DNA from: Octopus bimaculoides
Lineage: Eukaryota
NCBI RefSeq assembly: GCF_001194135.2
Contig: NC_068993.1
Location: forward strand, 57,334,830-57,376,643
Reading direction: 5' to 3'
Length of the DNA: 41,814 nucleotides
In this document: positions 11,796-23,883 of the stretch, in pieces
Layout: each line of letters opens with the position of its first letter
Position numbering within the stretch: the stretch's first letter is position 1
Translations under genes and position numbers: made by a program
Notes under the pieces: generated by a model
What the model saw: only the letters and a program-made list of their open reading frames with translations
Told to the model about the DNA's origin: nothing
Databases searched by the model: none

Positions 11796-11872
11796 AAGTA
11801 CTGGGGTCGATTTGTTCGACTAAGGCGGTACCCCAGCATGGCCGCAGTCAAATAGTGAAACAAGTAAAAGAG
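11792..11872 (+). mobile_element. SINE family B 3' end
   Basis: ctggggtcgatttgttcgactaaggcggtaccccagcatggccgcagtcaaatagtgaaacaagtaaaagag matches the 3' ends at ~32200 and ~38780. Confidence 0.85.
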
Positions 11873-12736
11873 TATGCAGATTGTTATACCATAAATATGT
11901 GCTAATATTTCCAGCGTTGGCATGAGACAAGAAAATAAATACCTTCACCGACAGCTGCACGATATGTATTTGAAGTCTTAGTGAGATGTATATTATTAGT
12001 ATGATATATCTGTAATGTGGCTAGTGTGTATTGGCCGCAAGTAAACGGCCATTGACTAGTTAGTCTCCTAACCGACCAGACCAGCTGAGACAAAACATTC
12101 GCAACGTGATTTCAAAGAATCAAAAGAACTGATCGCATCTCATTATGAAAGTTAGCTTCTGGCGAAACATATTAAAGTGGAAATAAAGCTGAAGTATCTG
12201 AACTTTCATTGTCAAAAAAATTCAGATTGGTCTGGGTGTATATAAGAAAGACAATATATATATATTTATAGATTTGTTTTTCATGTTTTCTATGAGAGTT
12301 TACTTATGCGTATACATGTGTATATGTGTGTGTGTAAGTCTGAGTGTGTGTGTATATGTCTTTGTATAGTTGTGGAGGTCATGTGCGAACTTTATTCCTT
12401 ACAGTAATATCAATTCTATTATTGGATGTTGTAAAAGATTTGGATAAACCTCTGTTTCGTGAAAGAGAAAGTGAAAGAAGACAAAAACCGGCAGATAAAA
12501 AAATCGAAAAGAAAGAAGCAAATTTGAAAAATAAATGTTTATCGATAGAAAAAGTCTGCATCAGCCGAATGTTTACCATAATTTCATAATTCAATTGACA
12601 ATTCCTTGGTAAATAACCGAAACATACAAACTTACAAATATGACAAGTGAAACAAATATGTGTGTGAATGTATATATGTATTTACACACCTACATATAAT
12701 TAGTTTTCTTTGTGTATATATATAAATATAGAATTG

Positions 12737-12768
<32 letters not shown>

Positions 12769-13904
12769 NNNNNNNNNNNNNNNNNNNNNNNNNNNNNNNN
12801 NNNNNNNNNNNNNNNNNNNNNNNNNNNNNNNNNNNNNNNNNNNNNNNNNNNNNNNNNNNNNNNNNNNNNNNNNNNNNNNNNNNNNNNNNNNNNNNNNNNN
12901 NNNNNNNNNNNNNNNNNNNNNNNNNNNNNNNNNNNNNNNNNNNNNNNNNNNNNNNNNNNNNNNNNNNNNNNNNNNNNNNNNNNNNNNNNNNNNNNNNNNN
13001 NNNNNNNNNNNNNNNNNNNNNNNNNNNNNNNNNNNNNNNNNNNNNNNNNNNNNNNNNNNNNNNNNNNNNNNNNNNNNNNNNNNNNNNNNNNNNNNNNNNN
13101 NNNNNNNNNNNNNNNNNNNNNNNNNNNNNNNNNNNNTATAGTTTTATTTTGGAGAAAAAAAAAAGAGATGTATTTTCTAGAGTAAATAGCTAATGATTTC
13201 TCTAAATTTCAATCATGTGAAAGAAGACATTTTGCACATTTCGAAAATGTATTATGAAGTAATTTCAATCTGATTTTTCAATTTTTCAACAAACAAAATT
13301 AAAGGAAAGTAATATATTTTATCTTTATTATTGATATTTCGTTTGTAAACTTTGATGCATTTCTCTTATGACGTCGTAATATGCCGATTTCTGTAGTAAA
13401 TGCGTGGGACATTTTTACTTTTGCGTTTATATCTTCAATGCTTCAGCAGACACCAACATCGGATTTATAGACGGCTTTGTTTATAATCAGTATTGCATTG
13501 AGATATTACACCAACTGTAGGATAGGTAAGCATAGACATATATCCACACGCAAACACATACCGACATATATAACCAGCTGCGCATATTAGTACATACACA
13601 AGCGCATCATTGCAGCAGTGAATATCGATCTTAAGTGCACTCACGTTGTGAGTTTACCCGTAGATTAATGCAGCGAAACATGTTAGCTTCGAAAGAGTAG
13701 GTTAGCTAGTTTGTTTGGCTTTTGAAAACATTTTCCGTAAGGATGTTCCTACATGAAATAAATATATATTGTGATACTGAGAACAGAACTGTGTCGGTCC
13801 TACATTCATGTGGTATCCAGCTAATTGCTTAACTGCTTCTTCCGAATGTTAGCAGAGCTACATGGTTCACTATAATGGCAAATAAAAAAGCAAAACTTCA
13901 AGAC

Positions 13905-14337
13905 ACAACCTCACACTTTGGTTTATCGGGTGATTCATTGTTGACAGTCTACATAGGCCCGGGAGGAAGCAATTACCGTGATAGAACGGTAATTGCTCAG
14001 ATACCGTAAGAGGGAAATAGTTTGTCAATTCGGTACAGGCTGCTACATTCATTTGTACAATATTATTGCAACCAGCATATGTTTACTGAAGCAAAGTTCG
14101 TTCACCTGTATGAAACCAATATTTCAATCTACCTTGAGTTAAAGTTCATCGTCAGTACATGAATATAAAATATCCACTTCTAAAGACACATAGTTTATAG
14201 AGCATGTGAAATATTCGAAGTCAGTTCTGTGAACCTTCGAGTCTGTATACGCCATCTGTAACATGGTGGTTGGTGTCATAACATAGAATCAAGGGGTACA
14301 GACTTTGTCACGTAACCGTATAGACTCTTAGCCAGGC
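13905..14337 (-). repeat. Unclassified ~440 bp dispersed repeat, copy 1 (inverted relative to 16103-16558)
   Basis: The reverse complement aligns colinearly to 16103-16558, e.g. gcctggctaagagtctatacggttacgtgaca vs gcctggttaagagtctatacggatacgtgaca, and aaatgaatgtagcagcctgta...tcttacggtatctgagcaa vs aaatgaatgtagcaacctgta...tcttacggtatctgagcaa. Confidence 0.85.
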
Positions 14338-14811
14338 AAACTCTGCTATTCAGAGCTTGTTGGTCCTCCCAAAAGCATTCGTCTCTCTTCCACTTGTAGC
14401 TCATATTCCGTACATACCACCAGCTCTGGTAGTAACCATTCCGCTCAGACAATCAATTCGACAACATCGACGCTCTGTGCTTGGTAATCCCGTAACCGGC
14501 GACTTGAGTAAAATGAAGTGGAACATTAATCATACGAATCATGATAACTAGACCAGAAATAAGCAATAAAATTAATAATTGAATATGGTAAAAACTTGGC
14601 ACGATGGTGTTTTCCTTCACGAACCATTTTATTGACTATCTTCTCACCCATTTGCTGAGGCACTCTGTCTCACACTCATACATACACAAGCGTTCATACA
14701 AACAACTTCAAACTGTTCATACACATCCACACACATATTTACATAAATACATATCTGTATATATAGATTTCTCTCTCTCTCTCCCTCTCTCTCGCTATAT
14801 ATATATATATA

Positions 14812-14893
14812 CCAACGTAAAATGAAATGTTTTGCTCGTGTACGCAATGCATCGGTCGGTCCAGGAATCGAAACTACAAAGTTACGACTTTTG
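14812..14893 (-). mobile_element. tRNA-derived SINE family C, 5' fragment
   Basis: The reverse complement gtagtttcgattcctggaccgaccgatgcattgcgtacacgagcaaaacatttcattttacgttg matches 35690-35760. Confidence 0.7.
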
Positions 14894-14913
14894 TTGTCTT
14901 ACCTTTTCTATCA

Positions 14914-14958
<45 letters not shown>

Positions 14959-15158
14959 NNNNNNNNNNNNNNNNNNNNNNNNNNNNNNNNNNNNNNNNNN
15001 NNNNNNNNNNNNNNNNNNNNNNNNNNNNNNNNNNNNNNNNNNNNNNNNNNNNNNNNNNNNNNNNNNNNNNNNNNNNNNNNNNNNNNNNNNNNNNNNNNNN
15101 NNNNNNNNNNNNNNNNNNNNNNNNNNNNNNNNNNNNNNNNNNNNNNNNNNNNNNNNNN

Positions 15159-15190
<32 letters not shown>

Positions 15191-16102
15191 TTATATATAT
15201 ATATATTCCAGTCTACAAACTAGCTTTAATCAGGCCAGAATTGTTTGAATGGAGGCATATTAAATTTAGAAGATGTCTCTCTTGGAAAGTTAACTTTCAT
15301 GTAATAGAAGAATATGTTTACCTATAGATTTGTAACAGACAAGTCTGTAATGCAGTGCACTGCAGGAAGCCACTCAGTGTCCAGTTCCTGTATTGTTCTC
15401 TTTGTTGTATTAAATATTTCAGTTATAGATTTGCAGCCACCCTAGGCCACTGGTCTAAAAGCTGTGCAACAATGTCTGTGTGTGCGTATGCGTGTATGTG
15501 TGGGCGCGTGTGTGGGTGCGTGTGTGAGTGTTTGTCAACACTTAATAGCTGGAATTGATTTGCTTACATCACCGTGAAGTAGCGGTTTCGCAAGAACTTA
15601 ACCAATGCAATAGGTAACGAAATATTTATTTATTTCGTTTCGGTGCACGTTCTGTGGGATTACTTATTGCAGAACATTTAAGTTACAGTGATGTAAGAAA
15701 TTGGCTCCTGTTCTGTAGAGGTGAGAAAACTCACGCTCACACGCATATGCACACACTCACACACACAACACATACACACAACACATACACGCATACGGAT
15801 ACACACATACACATACGCCTACGCTCATGCACGTGCACACATATACAAACATAGGCATACACACAGACACACATACACATACGCACACGTATACGTGCGC
15901 GCGCACACACACATATACATACACACAGCACACACCGACAGAGATTTCTTCGCAAAATAAGGTACACACACACGCACACACACATACACACACTCTCTCA
16001 TGCACACGAGTCTATAATTCTTTGTTTTCTTCTCGTAGTACATTGGTATAAATGATTTTGTTGGTTTCTGGTTGGAAACTCCAGGTTTTCTGCATTAAAA
16101 TA

Positions 16103-16558
16103 GCCTGGTTAAGAGTCTATACGGATACGTGACAGCATCTGGACACCTTTTCACTATATTATGACACCTAGCAGTACGTGACGGAGGGTGTTTAAAGACT
16201 GAAGGGTTCATAAATCCGACTTCTTTCACTTATGCTATTAATTATGTATCTTTAGAATGGATAGTTTATATTCATGTCTTGATCTTATCAACAAAATTTG
16301 ATGCATGAACTTCTAAAGAAAGTTTAAAATATTGATGTCGTATCGGTGATTGAATATTGCTTCAGTGAGCATATGCTGATTGCAATGATTATCAAAGAAA
16401 TGAATGTAGCAACCTGTATTAAATCGACGAACTATCTCAATCTTACGGTATCTGAGCAAATAGTCGTTCTGACTATCAAAGAGCTGATGACTGTTCCCCC
16501 TGATTCTGTGTAGGCTGATGACAACGAATAAGTCGCTTCAACCAAAACGAGAAGTTGG
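16103..16558 (+). repeat. Unclassified ~440 bp dispersed repeat, copy 2
   Basis: Colinear homology to the reverse complement of 13905-14337 (about two-thirds to three-quarters identity by eye). Confidence 0.85.
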
Positions 16559-16885
16559 TACCCGAACCGCGATGCTATTATAACTACTACACCCGTTCAT
16601 TGTCAAAGGATCAACTACGGCATGCTTAGCGCTGCAGAATGGTAAAGTCGACTTCGAGGGAATTTGAATTTTGAACCTACAAGCGGACGAAATATCACTA
16701 AGCAGTTTGTCCGGTGTGCTAATTATTCTACCATCTCACCCAATTAACGAACTTATTGAGAATATAGACGGACTTATTGAGAATACTTGTCATTTTCTCG
16801 CCGATATATTTACGTTCCGCTGATATACGTACAGATATAATACACATTACACGCATATAACCTCCTATATATACACGCAAAACGA

Positions 16886-16887
<2 letters not shown>

Positions 16888-16930
<43 letters not shown>

Positions 16931-16940
16931 NNNNNNNNNN

Positions 16941-16981
<41 letters not shown>
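16888..16981. repeat. (TATC)n microsatellite with 10-N gap
   Basis: Directly visible. Confidence 0.97.
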
Positions 16982-18622
16982 TGATGTATACCTATTTGTT
17001 CGTCCTGTGCGTGTGTGTGTGTGTGTATGTGTCTGTCTGTCTGTCTGGACAAGTAATATATTCCGCGTTATCCAGGCTTTGATGTAACTATACACGACCC
17101 AGATTTGTTTTTTATGAAGACATATTCGTTTCTGTCTTCCTTTATTTTTTATTCCATTTCTCCTGATAAGTTGTATTTCGCACAAGAAATGAATTTCTTT
17201 TCCTATACAGTTATGGCATCCAGTTATGGTATCTGAAGCAGATAGTCGCTGAATATTAATAATAAAATCCATAAAATCATTGTGTAAGTGACGTATTTCA
17301 AATTTTGGCCTATTGAATTAGAACAAATTATTTTATTACTTTTCTTGTTGAATTTTACCATCAATCGCCATCGGCTAATTATTCCCTGCGAGAAGAGACA
17401 GAATAAGGTTTATGTCAACGTTCTGTCTGTAAAAGAGTGAAAACTGTAGAGTCAGTAACTGGTTTCCACCCATGGAATTGCAACAGCTCTGTTAATGCAT
17501 GGAAACTGTGATGCCTAGCGGAAATTCTTCACATCCACATATTAAATGTGCAATATATGCTGTGATAATAATACATAATAATATGTTACAATGCTTGGGA
17601 GTTCAATGAAACAATTAATATAGTTTCTTTATCATTCTTTGCCCGTCATAACTTTGTCAATTCTCAACATTATGATGTCAGTACCGCATGATATATAAAG
17701 TTATGGGCTTGCCATAAGAGTCTTAAATAAAATCATTATGCAAGACTTGCAACACTTTTGCACCTTACATAAAACTGGTCATTGTAAATCAGTATTCCAC
17801 GCCGTGTAGTCCAGTGATGGTCGATGTTTGAAATTTGAATTTATTGCTTAACATGTCAAATCGAATTTTTTTTCCAGAATGAAATCTCCTTAAAGAAAGG
17901 GATATTTCTGTTGATTTGAATTGAATCCCGAGTATAAATGCCTCTTCTCATTTTGTAAATCCAGCAATAAAAGTCGTATCAATGACATGCAAGACACTTT
18001 TTAACTGGTGATATTAGTGATACAACACAACTGACTGCAGCTGTTAGAAAAATTGCGTAGTACCATAATTACCGACTTAGTTAAACAATGCTGCCGAATA
18101 TCGAACCACTTGCATCTGATCCACAACATATANNNNNNNNNNTATATGGGCAGTAGTTCAATATATATTTAATTAGTGCAATTTAATATTACGTATTATC
18201 AACCATACTGCCATAAAAAAAGAAAACATGGTAATGTGTATCTAAATAGTATCGAAACATTAACTCCTGACATTGGTCGAGCATTTTAAATGCGAATGAC
18301 GTTCGCCGAATTTGAATTCTATTGTTCGCATTTCTTCGTAAAACGTTCAATTTCAATCAGGCATCACAACGGTTTTATAAATTGTAGACGAACATACAAG
18401 CGAACATGTTTGCAAGCTACTCTCCACGCTGATGATTGTACGCTTGCACGAAACCTGAACTACTTTGATTAATATTTTATGTATTTATATTTCAAATGAA
18501 TATTGAAGGAATATCTTGCGTGTCAGATCACTGTGTAATATGTTCAACGACCCTCATCGAAGTTAGTATTTGACACCCTGCATATCTGCTGGAAAGCAGA
18601 ATATATTGGCATATAAATATAT

Positions 18623-18654
18623 ACAGACAGACAGACAGACAGACAGGCAGACAT

Positions 18655-18724
<70 letters not shown>
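18623..18724. repeat. (CAGA)n(TAGA)n microsatellite
   Basis: Directly visible. Confidence 0.97.
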
Positions 18725-18725
<1 letters not shown>

Positions 18726-20039
18726 TGTTTGTATATAAGTATATATAATTAGAAAATTGAGAAAACCATAGATTACGCCACACATCGTTTGGACCATATT
18801 TATAGCTTGTTTCTGAATAGAAAGCATGACATATATCTTACAGCCGTTTCTAATCAGATTACCAGAATGCAGACTATACATAAATGCGAGTATAGCCGGT
18901 TGCTGTAACCGCTAACTCAGTTTATATATANNNNNNNNNNNNNNNNNNNNNNNNNNNNNNNNNNNNNNNNNNNNNNNNNNNNNNNNNNNNNNNNNNNNNN
19001 NNNNNNNNNNNNNNNNNNNNNNNNNNNNNNNNNNNNNNNNNNNNNNNNNNNNNNNNNNNNNNNNNNNNNATATATACATATACATACATATGTATATTTA
19101 TATGTGTGTATGTGTGTGGTGTGTGAGGGTGTATGATATACGTGTAGTATTAGTCTTTATGTGTATCTGCAAGGGTACGTGTCTGTATGTGTGACGAAAT
19201 CAGAGATTTGATTTGATGGCAAGTTGCAGAAGAAAAAACTTCAGCTACTTCAACGTTTATGGCGTAAATGTTTATTACCACAACTTTTACGGTCTAAAGA
19301 AATATGAAACATTAAGAAAGAGAATCTCAGATACTATATTGTCAGTCAGTGGAATTGGTAAGACAAGTTAAGAAATGGTTTTATATTCCAATAAAATATC
19401 TGGAGATATATATGTATATATTTTTTGGCATTAGTGCTTTATTTTTTCCTATATATTCTTTTTTTCTTCTTAGGAATATTTGCTGTAGAAAAATGGACAC
19501 TAATTTCGAAAAGTCAGCCAAGGTACCGTACAAAATGGTCTATAGATGTAAAATGTATTCACACGTCTATAAATCACGAATAACAAATATAAAGATACGC
19601 ACAATATACGACGAATAGAGTGGCAGTCGTCTGCATTGGCTAAAAATTGTTTAATGAAGCTCATAAATTTCTTCTTTTTTTTTCTTTTAATTTTTTATGG
19701 CTCTTTTTATGTATGAAATATTGGTCTTTCTGTCCCAGACGAATGTTTTCTCCCGAAACGTCAGTAATCTCTTGACCCCTTAGTATAGGAAATAACAAGA
19801 AATTTACGATCTTCTGAAAGGTACACAAAGAGTTGTTTGGGTACACGGTTCGCCTTCTAGCCTTGTGGTTCTTGGTTGTATCACACTGCGCTGAAGCCTA
19901 AACAGACGATTTCGTTTCGTAATTAACTTTTTCGTAATCATGTTGCATGAATACATAGTACATACATAATACATACATACATACATACATACACGCGAGC
20001 TTGTACTGAAAAGTTGCTGAATTTTGGTAAAAGACAATA

Positions 20040-20175
20040 CAGGGGGATCAGCTAATCATGACTTTATTGAACATATTCCCCTTTTAGATTCACACACTTA
20101 TTTCAGCGGTCCTTCTGTTTTTCTAAGTCCTGTAACAGAAGCATGAAGGTTGGACCTCCAACCACGTCTTTCGCA
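20040..20175 (-). mobile_element. Mariner 3' end remnant with probable terminal inverted repeat and TA target
   Basis: The minus strand reads TGLRK / DR*NKCVNLKGEYVQ* (mariner W.KC....G.Y.E terminus). The element ends at CAGGGGG (20040) next to TA at 20038-39. Confidence 0.7.
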
Positions 20176-20196
20176 ACACAATAAAGCCCACCCCTT

Positions 20197-20249
<53 letters not shown>

Positions 20250-21371
20250 CAGCAACATTCTAAAATCTCCATTTTAGAATTACTGAGACGTAATGATTGT
20301 CACCACCTCATCGTGGTTGTTCCGCATAGAACAATGTTACCACTCAACTCCAGGNNNNNNNNNNNNNNNNNNNNNNNNNNNNNNNNNNNNNNNNNNNNNN
20401 NNNNNNNNNNNNNNNNNNNNNNNNNNNNNNNNNNNNNNNNNNNNNNNNNNNNNNNNNNNNNNNNNNNNNNNNNNNNNNNNNNNNNNNNNNNNNTTGTCTA
20501 CAGCTGTGTGCGTGCGATGGCATGTGTGCTTTCATGCGATCACATGTGGCATTGTTCTCGTTCTTGTTCTGGTTGTAGATATTGTCTATTAATTCTCTTG
20601 AAGTTCTTGTTATTGTGGTTGTCTATAGCTGTTGATTTTTACTGATATTATTTATATTCCCAACGCCGTTCCCATGTTTTCTCTCTCACCCTCCAGTCTA
20701 ATCACGTGGAAGCCTCGCGTACATGACACTCAACTATTGGTAAGATTACTACAGTCAAAGTTCAGTTTCCACAATCTGTAAGTCGACGTCTTACTGCCAT
20801 ATTTTTTTTATATTGATTTCACTGTTTTTCGCATTTGTTTTTTTTCTTTATCCTGTTCATTGCATTTCTTCTCTCTATCAGCATTTCATGTCGTTGCTAT
20901 TTTCTTGTATTATTCCCCTTCATATCGTTGTATGTTTAATTGTTTCTAGTAGACTTCCTCTCATGCTTATGTTTCTCTTGCTCAGCTTGCACCAGTTGTT
21001 TCTAGTCATTTATTTCTCTTATTGCATTTTGCTGTTTCTATTACTGTTCTTGTTATCGCCGATGTTACTGACCATCTTGATGAGAGCACAAATATCTTTG
21101 TTAATTTAGAAAATGTTATTGTTATTATTTTGTGTCCTCTTCGCCTTTTCTTCGTTATTTTAATTTTACTTTTAGATCTCTCGTTCGATTCTTTCGTTAG
21201 TGCATCGAACAAAATACCATGAGGTATTTAGTTATAGTACTTTGCGTTTTATTTTCAAATATCACAAATTTTCGTTTGCCTGTCATCCTTTGGCTTATCA
21301 TAATAACCTGGCAGTCAAGAACTCCACCACCAACACATCTACGCACAAATCTTTTAGTCTTGGTCCTAACA

Positions 21372-21508
21372 TCGGAGGTTCAAATCCCACAGAGAAGTGC
21401 TTTGTTTTACATTCAACCGAGGTCGATACAATAAAAGTAACTAGAATCGATGAGATTGACAAACCATGTCACCCCAAGAGATCTGGCTTTGTTACTGAAT
21501 TAGAAAAA
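21372..21508 (+). mobile_element. Degenerate SINE family A
   Basis: ggttcaaatcccacagagaagtgctttgttttacattcaaccgaggtcgatacaataaaagtaactag resembles the family A core. Confidence 0.55.
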
Positions 21509-21509
21509 C

Positions 21510-21727
21510 AATCATCATCACCATCACAACCACATTCATCACCATCATCGTCTTCGTTGTTGTCGTCATCATCCTCAACGTCATCGTCATCCTATTCCTA
21601 TTCCACCTCCACCCCATTATCACCATCGTCATTGTCGTTGTCATTAACCTCATAATCATCATCATCGTCGTCATCATTATCACCATCATCGACCTTGTTA
21701 TTATCATCATCATCATCAACAACAACA
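21510..21727. repeat. Imperfect (ATC)n/(GTC)n microsatellite
   Basis: Directly visible. Confidence 0.9.
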
Positions 21728-22095
21728 AACAGATGTATTAGTATAACGCTCGGGAATTGAAAAAAAGTCTTTAACGTTTCCAGCCTACGCTCTTCCACAG
21801 AAAGGAGCACAGAAAGAAACAAGAAGAGAAAATAAAGAATTTGTAGTGGCTACCGATCTATCATGGCGAAAAAAATATATATATTTATATGCACGTATAG
21901 GCCATATTAATTCGTTTCGTTTTTCCGTCCGAAACCTTGTGGTATATGGTCAAAAACATCACCGCAGGGAGTATGATGGCACGGTGTGAATATATATTTT
22001 TATACATGGTGTCGGATGAACAGATGAATTTGTCTGGTATATACGTGCATATATATGTACGTATACGTGCTTATACGTAAATATTCGTATGTTGT

Positions 22096-22127
<32 letters not shown>

Positions 22128-22807
22128 GTATATATATATATATATATATANNNNNNNNNNNNNNNNNNNNNNNNNNNNNNNNNNNNNNNNNNNNNNNNNN
22201 NNNNNNNNNNNNNNNNNNNNNNNNNNNNNNNNNNNNNNNNNNNNNNNNNNNNNNNNNNNNNNNNNNNNNNNNNNNNNNNNNNNNNNNNNNNNNNNNNNNN
22301 NNNNNNNNNNNNNNNNNNNNNNNNNNNNNNNNNNNNNNNNNNNNNNNNNNNNNNNNNNNNNNNNNNNNNNNNNNNNNNNNNNNNNNNNNNNNNNNNNNNN
22401 NNNNNNNNNNNNNNNNNNNNNNNNNNNNNNNNNNNNNNNNNNNNNNNNNNNNNNNNNNNNNNNNNNNNNNNNNNNNNNNNNNNNNNNNNNNNNNNNNNNN
22501 NNNNNNNNNNNNNNNNNNNNNNNNNNNNNNNNNNNNNNNNNNNNNNNNNNNNNNNNNNNNNNNNNNNNNNNNNNNNNNNNNNNNNNNNNNNNNNNATTTA
22601 TATATTTGATCCTTTATATTGAACACTCAATATTTCATCTACATTCAATACTTTATTTCATGGTGCCATCCATTTTTATTTTATTTTATATTATATATTG
22701 TATATTATATTATATATTGTATATTCCATATTCTATACCCCACATTAGTTCTGCAGGAATATCAATAAAACATAAAAAACAGACAGTGTTGGAACTCTTT
22801 TAAGCAA

Positions 22808-22848
<41 letters not shown>

Positions 22849-23283
22849 TCTAAGTTTGTGTGTATATATGGATGTACGTGTGTGCGCGTCTCTCTGTGTT
22901 TGTGTGCCAGTATCTGTGTGCGCGTATGTCTCTGTGAATGTATGTATTTTTATGTGCTTACTTGTGTATGTGTCCTGCTGTTTTGGCTATGAATTTGCGT
23001 TGTTTTTAAGGCTAAATAGTCCTACGTGTCTCGAAATTCATTTTGATGAGATTGGCTTATAAGTCGTTGCAACACCAAATTGGAGCCAATCAATATTATA
23101 AATCTCATGCCGTTTGTTACATCAAAGCAAGTTGTTTAAATTTATAAACTGAAAACGATTGACCGCTTGTTTCGAAAACGGTAAATCAGTATCATTTGAA
23201 GGCATCGCAATGAATTAGAAGTACTTGATATGTCTAGAGTATAAAGTATAAAGTATATATATATATATATATATATTCCCTAA

Positions 23284-23317
<34 letters not shown>

Positions 23318-23383
23318 ATTTACTTTTCTTAATGAGAGAACAGACCAAGGCTGTTTATAATATAGAACATTTATAAATAAAAT

Positions 23384-23431
23384 GTCTTACAGCTGTTTCC
23401 AGGATATTTATTACATCCCTTCATCGGAGAC
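23384..23431 (-). ncRNA. Type I hammerhead-like motif (family 2), left arm
   Basis: Minus strand: GTCT CCGATGA A GGGAT-gtaataaat-ATCCT G GAA ACAGCTGT A AGAC. Stem I is GTCT/AGAC, stem III is the palindrome ACAGCTGT, and the triplet is GUA. Confidence 0.55.
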
Positions 23432-23486
23432 GGTGTGAGACGATGATTAAGCAATAGTTAGCAATAGTTAATCATCCTCTCACACC

Positions 23487-23534
23487 GTCTCCGATGAAGG
23501 TATATAATAAAAATCCTGAAAACAGCTGTAAGAC
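23487..23534 (+). ncRNA. Type I hammerhead-like motif (family 2), right arm
   Basis: GTCT CCGATGA AGG-tatataataaaaat-CCT GAAA ACAGCTGT A AGAC; same architecture as the left-arm motif. Confidence 0.5.
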
Positions 23535-23883
23535 ATTCTAGTTATAAATGTTCTATATTATACAGAGCCTTGTTTTTTTTTTTATCTCATTACGAAAAGT
23601 AAATCCTTATATTCACACGCTGATACATGACCTACGTTGGACCCCTTATTCGCATAACCACCGAACTTGGAGCATAACTGTGGTCTATCCATAGCACTTA
23701 CTCAGCATTACCTGAAACCTCTGGGTCTAATTTACACCACTATCGCTCATAACCTATATATATATATATTGTTAGATACTGTGTGAGTAGTATTAACTAT
23801 ATTTTAAGAAGATTCTTTTATAACTTATGTCATCTAAATTGAGCGAGGTGAAGGCGTTTACAGAAATAAATTTACAATGATTA

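Larger units (their letters stand above)
23310..23612. mobile_element. ~300 bp palindromic element (two ~140 bp inverted arms), Penelope-pLTR-like or MITE-like
   Basis: Arm 23310-23450 is the reverse complement of 23468-23612, with about ten point mismatches plus one T-rich patch (manual count). The spacer contains a duplicated gcaatagtta. The arms end in TA/(TA)n. Confidence 0.9.

Noticed and set aside
12405-12589. Possible terminal exon after the acceptor ctttattccttacag (Lys/Glu-rich frame)
   Set aside because: A-rich compositional bias explains the open frame; there is no homology and no partner exon.
15351-15364. Perfect 14-bp palindrome TGCAGTGCACTGCA
   Set aside because: 7-bp arms are expected by chance in 42 kb.
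18770-18925. Segment reminiscent of a mariner/MITE subterminal region
   Set aside because: No second copy or TIR partner is visible and it is cut by a gap; cannot be supported.
19736-19765. CAGACGA...CCCGAAACGTCAG, a possible further hammerhead relic
   Set aside because: Stems I and II do not pair convincingly and the core is mutated.
21200-21655. 151 aa gap-free ORF
   Set aside because: It consists of a degenerate SINE A plus an (ATC)n tract.
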